IMG/VR virus record: IMGVR_UViG_3300009506_000047
Coordinates: 1 to 50,832 of that record
DNA: 50,832 nucleotides
From: a virus
Lineage: Duplodnaviria > Caudoviricetes
Strand: one strand, 5' to 3'
The notes beneath the pieces were generated by a model. The model worked only from the letters and a program-made list of their open reading frames with translations, did no database searches and was not told the DNA's origin. A program made the position numbers and the translations under genes. Of this stretch, positions 46,300 to 50,832 are shown in pieces (the stretch's first letter is position 1; each line of letters begins with the position of its first letter).

Positions 46300-47420
46300 G
46301 ATGTCACCTCGCCCTTTTTAGTAAATATATCTTTTTGTTCAATCCAAAATTGGGCGTTATGCCCGACATCCTCAGCGAATTTATCATCATACTCATTGAA
46401 GTATTCCAAGATTATATTAATATTTTTTAACGCTATGACAGGTGAAGCATTATCTAAATAGCCCTGCTCAAACTGTAGCTTCCAAACTTTTGTTTGACTA
46501 ACAGCATCTTTATACTTGCGCTCTTCATTGGTTAGTTGTTTTTCGGCAGGCTTTTCTGTGCCATTAATTCCCCATGATGGATTCTCTGCCCATTTGACAA
46601 CACGATTCATAATATCATCTGCACTTTTCGGCTTCGGGTCTAATATATCAGGCATCCTATCAATGGCTTCCAGAAGCCTGTTGACATCACCAATAACCTC
46701 AAGTGCTTTTCTTATAGCAGTATGACTTGGCGGTTGCGTTGTATGGCAAGAGTATTTGTTCAGAATAGCACCACCGATCCGCGTTGCAAAGTTTGTGTAT
46801 GTGGCCACCTGTTCCTTGACTTCTTCATTATCAACAACGGCAACTTCCTTGCTGTCTGTAGTTGTTTTTATATTGTTTTTAATACTGTCTTTAGGCGACG
46901 GCAAACCTTCATCATCATTGGGTTTAGACCCTGCATAGTATCCCTGTGGGTAATACGATAGTATCCCTGTGGGGGATACATTGGTATCCCTGTGGGGGAT
47001 ACATAGTATATCTGTAGGTAATAAAGTATCCCTACCAGTTATACTCTTTGTGTTGTCATTTGCAAGATTAAAAGCAAGTAATTCTTTAGCGGATTTGGCA
47101 TCATAACCCAAGACCGGGGGGATCCTCCATTCATCATAATTTTTGTTCAACATGAAGGTTTTCATATCTTCATTCAGATGAATAACCCTGGCTGTATGTA
47201 ATTGATGGAGATAATATTTGATTTTTGGCTGAGGAATTCCAGCAATACATAAATCATTCCAATATCTTAAAGTAACTGCTTTCTTATTGCAACCATAAGA
47301 ATATCGGATTATAAATTGGATGATTCTTTGCTGTGGTTCCGAAAAGTCTGTGGAGTAAAGAGCTTCTAATAATTCATCAGCTACTTTGGTATAGCCGTTT
47401 TCAATTTGGACATTTGCCAT
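46296..47420 (-). CDS. Lambda O-like replication initiator
   Basis: ENGYTKVADELLEAL...IIRYSYGCNKK...LNKNYDEW; start MANVQ with a GGAGGT RBS. Confidence 0.88.
   Translation of the reverse strand: MANVQIENGYTKVADELLEALYSTDFSEPQQRIIQFIIRYSYGCNKKAVTLRYWNDLCIAGIPQPKIKYYLHQLHTARVIHLNEDMKTFMLNKNYDEWRIPPVLGYDAKSAKELLAFNLANDNTKSITGRDTLLPTDILCIPHRDTNVSPTGILSYYPQGYYAGSKPNDDEGLPSPKDSIKNNIKTTTDSKEVAVVDNEEVKEQVATYTNFATRIGGAILNKYSCHTTQPPSHTAIRKALEVIGDVNRLLEAIDRMPDILDPKPKSADDIMNRVVKWAENPSWGINGTEKPAEKQLTNEERKYKDAVSQTKVWKLQFEQGYLDNASPVIALKNINIILEYFNEYDDKFAEDVGHNAQFWIEQKDIFTKKGEVTS
46938..47034. repeat. Iterons (putative replication origin) inside the initiator gene
   Basis: GTATCCCTGTGGG at 46938, 46961 and 46984 (23-bp period); degenerate copies at 47006 and 47026. 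Confidence 0.85.
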
Positions 47421-47540
47421 TTTAATACCTCCATCTTTGTGTATGGGGGCCGGGTGGTCACAAAGTCGGGTAATGGTGAACCCACCACCCGGCAAAAGTT
47501 ATGTTCTGTAGTGATGCAGGTCATGACTCCTGCACTGTTA

Positions 47541-47569
47541 ATTATAGCATAAAAGGGGCGTAAAGTCAA
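47541..47569 (-). promoter_or_regulatory. sigma70 promoter TTGACT-17-TATAAT (extended -10) for the replication genes
   Basis: Read directly. Confidence 0.8.
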
Positions 47570-47940
47570 TGGTTATGCGCTATAAGTAAAAATTTACAAC
47601 CAAAATATAATGATTGAAAGTTATAAATACTCCCAAGACCCTATTGAATATTATCTTAAAAGTATATTTCCCTTTACTCCTGGCCGCCAAAATGCGGAAT
47701 TTTGGTATTCGGTATTCAAACCCCTGCATTCTTCCCCACATATCCATTGATTTACACCGTATATCTCTTGCCATAATATCTCCTTTGTGAATATGGGGCC
47801 GGCTCACAGATAAATGCAAACACCCAGCCAGCCCCGTTGTTAATTTTTTGGAGGATTCCCGCATCAGGAATCCATAGGCTTGCCAGACCATTGAGCATTA
47901 TCGCGGCGTTCACCTCCCTGCGCCTGCAAGAGCCATACAA

Positions 47941-48765
47941 TCAGGCGCGTAATTTATTTCGAGATAAAGTTAATATAATATGAGCATCCTCGCCAGAATG
48001 AAGTCGCCAAACATTACCATCAAAGCTAGGAACTATGCCCATTTTCCATAAATCAACTGCTGGCTGAAATGGATATATACCGTCTTCATGCTCAATATAT
48101 TTCCATCTCTGTATATTCGGAAATAACGAACCGAAGTAGGCCCAAACGGAATCCCTAACGGAATCCCCAACGGAATCCCTAACGGAAGCCCAAACGGAAG
48201 CCCCAACGGAATCCCAAACGGAATCCCTAACGGAAGCCCCAACGGAATCCCCAACGGAATCCCAAACGGAAGCCCAAACGGAATCCCAAACGGAAGCCCA
48301 AACGGAAGCCCAAACGGAATCCCCAACGGAAGCCCCAACGGAAGCCCAAACGGAAGCCCCAACGGAAGCCCATCGTTTCAATAATTCAAGAACTAAAGAT
48401 TTATTGAATTCTACATCTTGTTGAAATGGGTGGATTGGATTGATTGCTTCCGAATATTTCCATCCAAACGCAGTATCTAAATCAATTATTTCCTCTATGA
48501 CAGTCAATGATTTGAATCCGTCTTTAGTGTCACTTGTAATGACAGGGCGTCCAGATACAACATAAGCACTAACTGGAATTTTAGTATTTCCTTGAAAGCA
48601 ATCATTTATATTTTTGCTGGCATGTATTACACCAGAGGAACATAACCCCAATGACTTATCATATTCAGGACATACTATTCTCCTGCCTATGTTATCGCGA
48701 TAGTTAATCGTGTGGCCAGTATAAAAATCCCACCCGTCAGGGTGGGCTAACTTGTAATATTTCAT
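47941..48765 (-). CDS. Protein with 19 tandem [WGR][AD]SV tetrapeptide repeats
   Basis: 274 aa ORF, GGAG RBS. Confidence 0.85.
   Translation of the reverse strand: MKYYKLAHPDGWDFYTGHTINYRDNIGRRIVCPEYDKSLGLCSSGVIHASKNINDCFQGNTKIPVSAYVVSGRPVITSDTKDGFKSLTVIEEIIDLDTAFGWKYSEAINPIHPFQQDVEFNKSLVLELLKRWASVGASVWASVGASVGDSVWASVWASVWDSVWASVWDSVGDSVGASVRDSVWDSVGASVWASVRDSVGDSVRDSVWAYFGSLFPNIQRWKYIEHEDGIYPFQPAVDLWKMGIVPSFDGNVWRLHSGEDAHIILTLSRNKLRA
48145..48372 (-). repeat. 12-bp tandem repeat, 19 copies (DGG-GMT-TCC-GTT)
   Basis: Read directly. Confidence 0.95.
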
Positions 48766-48798
48766 CTCTTACAATCTCCTTCCATACAATCAGGCGCA

Positions 48799-49077
48799 TT
48801 AATCCTCTATCCTGATGTGCAGATATTTAGCAAAATTAAGCAGATATCTTTCCTGCCATTTCATCAGGTGCAGATTTGTGTTATATAAATCAAGTATCTT
48901 CCCGTAAGCGGCGTAATCGCCCTGCGATAGACGGGCTTCATTTGCGCTTGCAATATATTCGCTTATAATAATACGCGATTGCTCTATTTCCTTTCTGCAC
49001 TGCCCTATATTTTTCCTAACTATTATTAGCTCTTTCTGCAACCATTGTTCCATTTCTTTTCTTGTCATTTTATACAA
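48799..49077 (-). CDS. Hypothetical protein
   Basis: 92 aa ORF. Confidence 0.65.
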   Translation of the reverse strand: MYKMTRKEMEQWLQKELIIVRKNIGQCRKEIEQSRIIISEYIASANEARLSQGDYAAYGKILDLYNTNLHLMKWQERYLLNFAKYLHIRIED

Positions 49078-49349
49078 TCCCCCTTTTCACAAAATCCAGC
49101 GATTGCTTTCGCTGGCATATTGATTATCACAATGTCAAGTCCAGGACTTTCCAACTTCGCCTCGCATGTGCGGCACTTTCGTTTCTTGCCATTACCTCTG
49201 GTAACTGCATCGTATCGCGCACCGCATAGGGCTTGATATGCCCCGTCAATCGCGTTGAAATAATGCTGGACTGTGGAATACTTATAATAATCAAATGTAT
49301 TTGTATTTCTATTTGTAATAAGTTGTTTCCCTATTGCCCATTTAGCCAT
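49065..49349 (-). CDS. Hypothetical protein, possible Zn-binding (H..C..CxxC)
   Basis: 94 aa; AGGAG RBS. Confidence 0.65.
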   Translation of the reverse strand: MAKWAIGKQLITNRNTNTFDYYKYSTVQHYFNAIDGAYQALCGARYDAVTRGNGKKRKCRTCEAKLESPGLDIVIINMPAKAIAGFCEKGDCIK

Positions 49350-49351
49350 AT

Positions 49352-49522
49352 TTATCTCCTCTCATTAGCGAAATCCAATAATTTTTGACGTTTTTTAGCT
49401 TCTTTTTTGAGTTTGCGTTCACGCTTCCATCTTTCATAGTTTGATAATTGAAGCCATGCTTGAATGTCATCCTGATAGCTGCGCCACGACTTTTCTGCTG
49501 TAGAATTTTTTTCTTCAATCAT
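49352..49522 (-). CDS. Small basic hypothetical protein (56 aa)
   Basis: Hand-translated; AAAGGA RBS. Confidence 0.5.
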   Translation of the reverse strand: MIEEKNSTAEKSWRSYQDDIQAWLQLSNYERWKRERKLKKEAKKRQKLLDFANERR

Positions 49523-49725
49523 ATCAATTTTCCTTTCATATTCGCCCTGTATTGATTTTGGTATATAAGCATACCAAGCAGGGCAAAAGAATTTAACAGG
49601 GGGCTATTTACCCCCTAGATTTTGATGTGAGAATACCGGCAGGGGTGAAATTTATGTATATCATGGGAAACAAAAACAGGATAGTCTCCTTTCTGGTGTT
49701 CAGCCTGCCGGCGAGAATTATCAAT

Positions 49726-50616
49726 TTATTCCACCGGTTGCATCTTAAAGTTACTAATCGCCCCGATAAATGCTTCTTTAGATTTATCATCTGCTACCCA
49801 TTTAGCCGATTCGCTCTGTACCCATTTCCAATCCTTGCCAAGCGATTGAATGTAGTCCAGAACATCGTTATATTTGAAACCGATGGCTTTTGCTATAGAC
49901 TCAACTAGCTCCTTATATTCCATGTCTGGTAGTTTATTGAGCTTAGCGATGCCTTTTTGTAGTTGCGTTGCTGTCAAATCCTTCATCGATTCGACTTTAA
50001 AATATGTGGTCATAACACCCTTTAAGCCATCGTGGTCGTATCCCTTTTGCGCCCCCACAGCATGTATCTGTTTTATTAGTTTTTCAAGTTTAGGGTCAAC
50101 TTTATCCTGTGGTTGCTTCTTTTCATCCAACTTGTCTTTTATCTCTTTGCTGGATGGATTTCCGCTTGACTTGTCTGTGGCGGCATTTCCGTCAGTATCA
50201 TCCTCGCCAGACACGCCCAGTAACGCCTGGATCGTGTATCGTTGCATATATGTTATCGCTATGCCTACGCGCTGTAATTCATTGGTAGTTTCATTTCCTG
50301 ACTTTGATATAGTAGCCGGCGGCGGGATTATCTCAACCTTGCTTGATATAAACTGATCAGATTCGTGGAACAGCTTTACTGTCATCATAGTGACTCCATT
50401 CTCCACATCAAAAGTCGGAATTATTACCAGCCCGTTTTTTGCTAGAGGTTCTCTGGTAGCTTCCAGAATATCTTCCAGCGTTACATATTTATTTCTGAAT
50501 AACGCGTTCTCCGCTGTCTTGTGGATGGATGGATATTCCAGCTTCGCCTTCGCCAGAGCTCTTATCAATTCCCCTACCTTTTCGGATTGAGTTTGTTTCA
50601 TCTGAAAATCATTCAT
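49726..50616 (-). CDS. erf: ERF-family ssDNA annealing protein
   Basis: KYVTLEDIL...LAKNGL...GIAITYMQRY..ALLGVSGEDDTDGN. Confidence 0.92.
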   Translation of the reverse strand: MNDFQMKQTQSEKVGELIRALAKAKLEYPSIHKTAENALFRNKYVTLEDILEATREPLAKNGLVIIPTFDVENGVTMMTVKLFHESDQFISSKVEIIPPPATISKSGNETTNELQRVGIAITYMQRYTIQALLGVSGEDDTDGNAATDKSSGNPSSKEIKDKLDEKKQPQDKVDPKLEKLIKQIHAVGAQKGYDHDGLKGVMTTYFKVESMKDLTATQLQKGIAKLNKLPDMEYKELVESIAKAIGFKYNDVLDYIQSLGKDWKWVQSESAKWVADDKSKEAFIGAISNFKMQPVE

Positions 50617-50688
50617 TTTTACTACACCTCATATATATTTCGTTTCCACAATCATCACAAACATCAACTAGCTTCCCATTTTTATATG

Positions 50689-50832
50689 CCATCATATATT
50701 ATCTTTCGCGCTTTCATTTTATACCTCCGGGCCTATCTTGGCCCTTAATATTATTGCATTTACCTGAACGACCCTACCATCTGCGTATTCAAGTTCTCTG
50801 ATTTCCCCTTTGCCCAATAACTTAACAATATC
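50689..50832. repeat. Terminal direct repeat, right copy
   Basis: Identical to 1-144. Confidence 0.97.

Noticed and set aside
48033-48362. GLPFGIP repeat ORF
   Set aside because: It is an alternate-frame shadow of the tandem repeat.
48145-48372. CRISPR array or DGR variable region
   Set aside because: The units are contiguous 12-mers with no spacers. No reverse transcriptase, template repeat or cas gene is present.
1-50832. Stop-codon reassignment
   Set aside because: Long core genes are intact in code 11, and TAA, TAG and TGA all serve as stops at tight gene junctions.
1-50832. Plus-strand ORFs in the track
   Set aside because: Nearly all are antisense shadows of well-supported minus-strand genes and have no recognisable motifs.

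Overview
This window is an apparently complete ~50.7 kb tailed dsDNA phage genome (siphovirus-like). A 144-bp terminal direct repeat indicates a circular assembly, and essentially all genes lie on the minus strand. In transcription order it carries an ERF recombinase, a lambda-O-like initiator with internal iterons, an AEP primase-helicase, HNH and DUF488 genes, and a ParB-like / Mom-like / wHTH cassette. These are followed by terminase, portal, MuF, protease, an HK97-type capsid, about 8 kb of head-accessory genes, neck genes, two paralogous tail-tube genes, a frameshifting tail chaperone and the tape measure. Next come a six-gene glycosylation cluster inside the tail module, a beta-helix tail spike and a secreted beta-helix protein, and an early region with consensus promoters and an HTH repressor. 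No integrase or endolysin was recognised. The most striking observation is a 72-nt CCA-ending cloverleaf with the tRNA-Gly identity elements, embedded in the last codons of the Mom-like adenine-hypermodification gene. It suggests the enzyme encodes its own non-proteinogenic glycyl-tRNA donor. All calls were made by eye, with no database searches.
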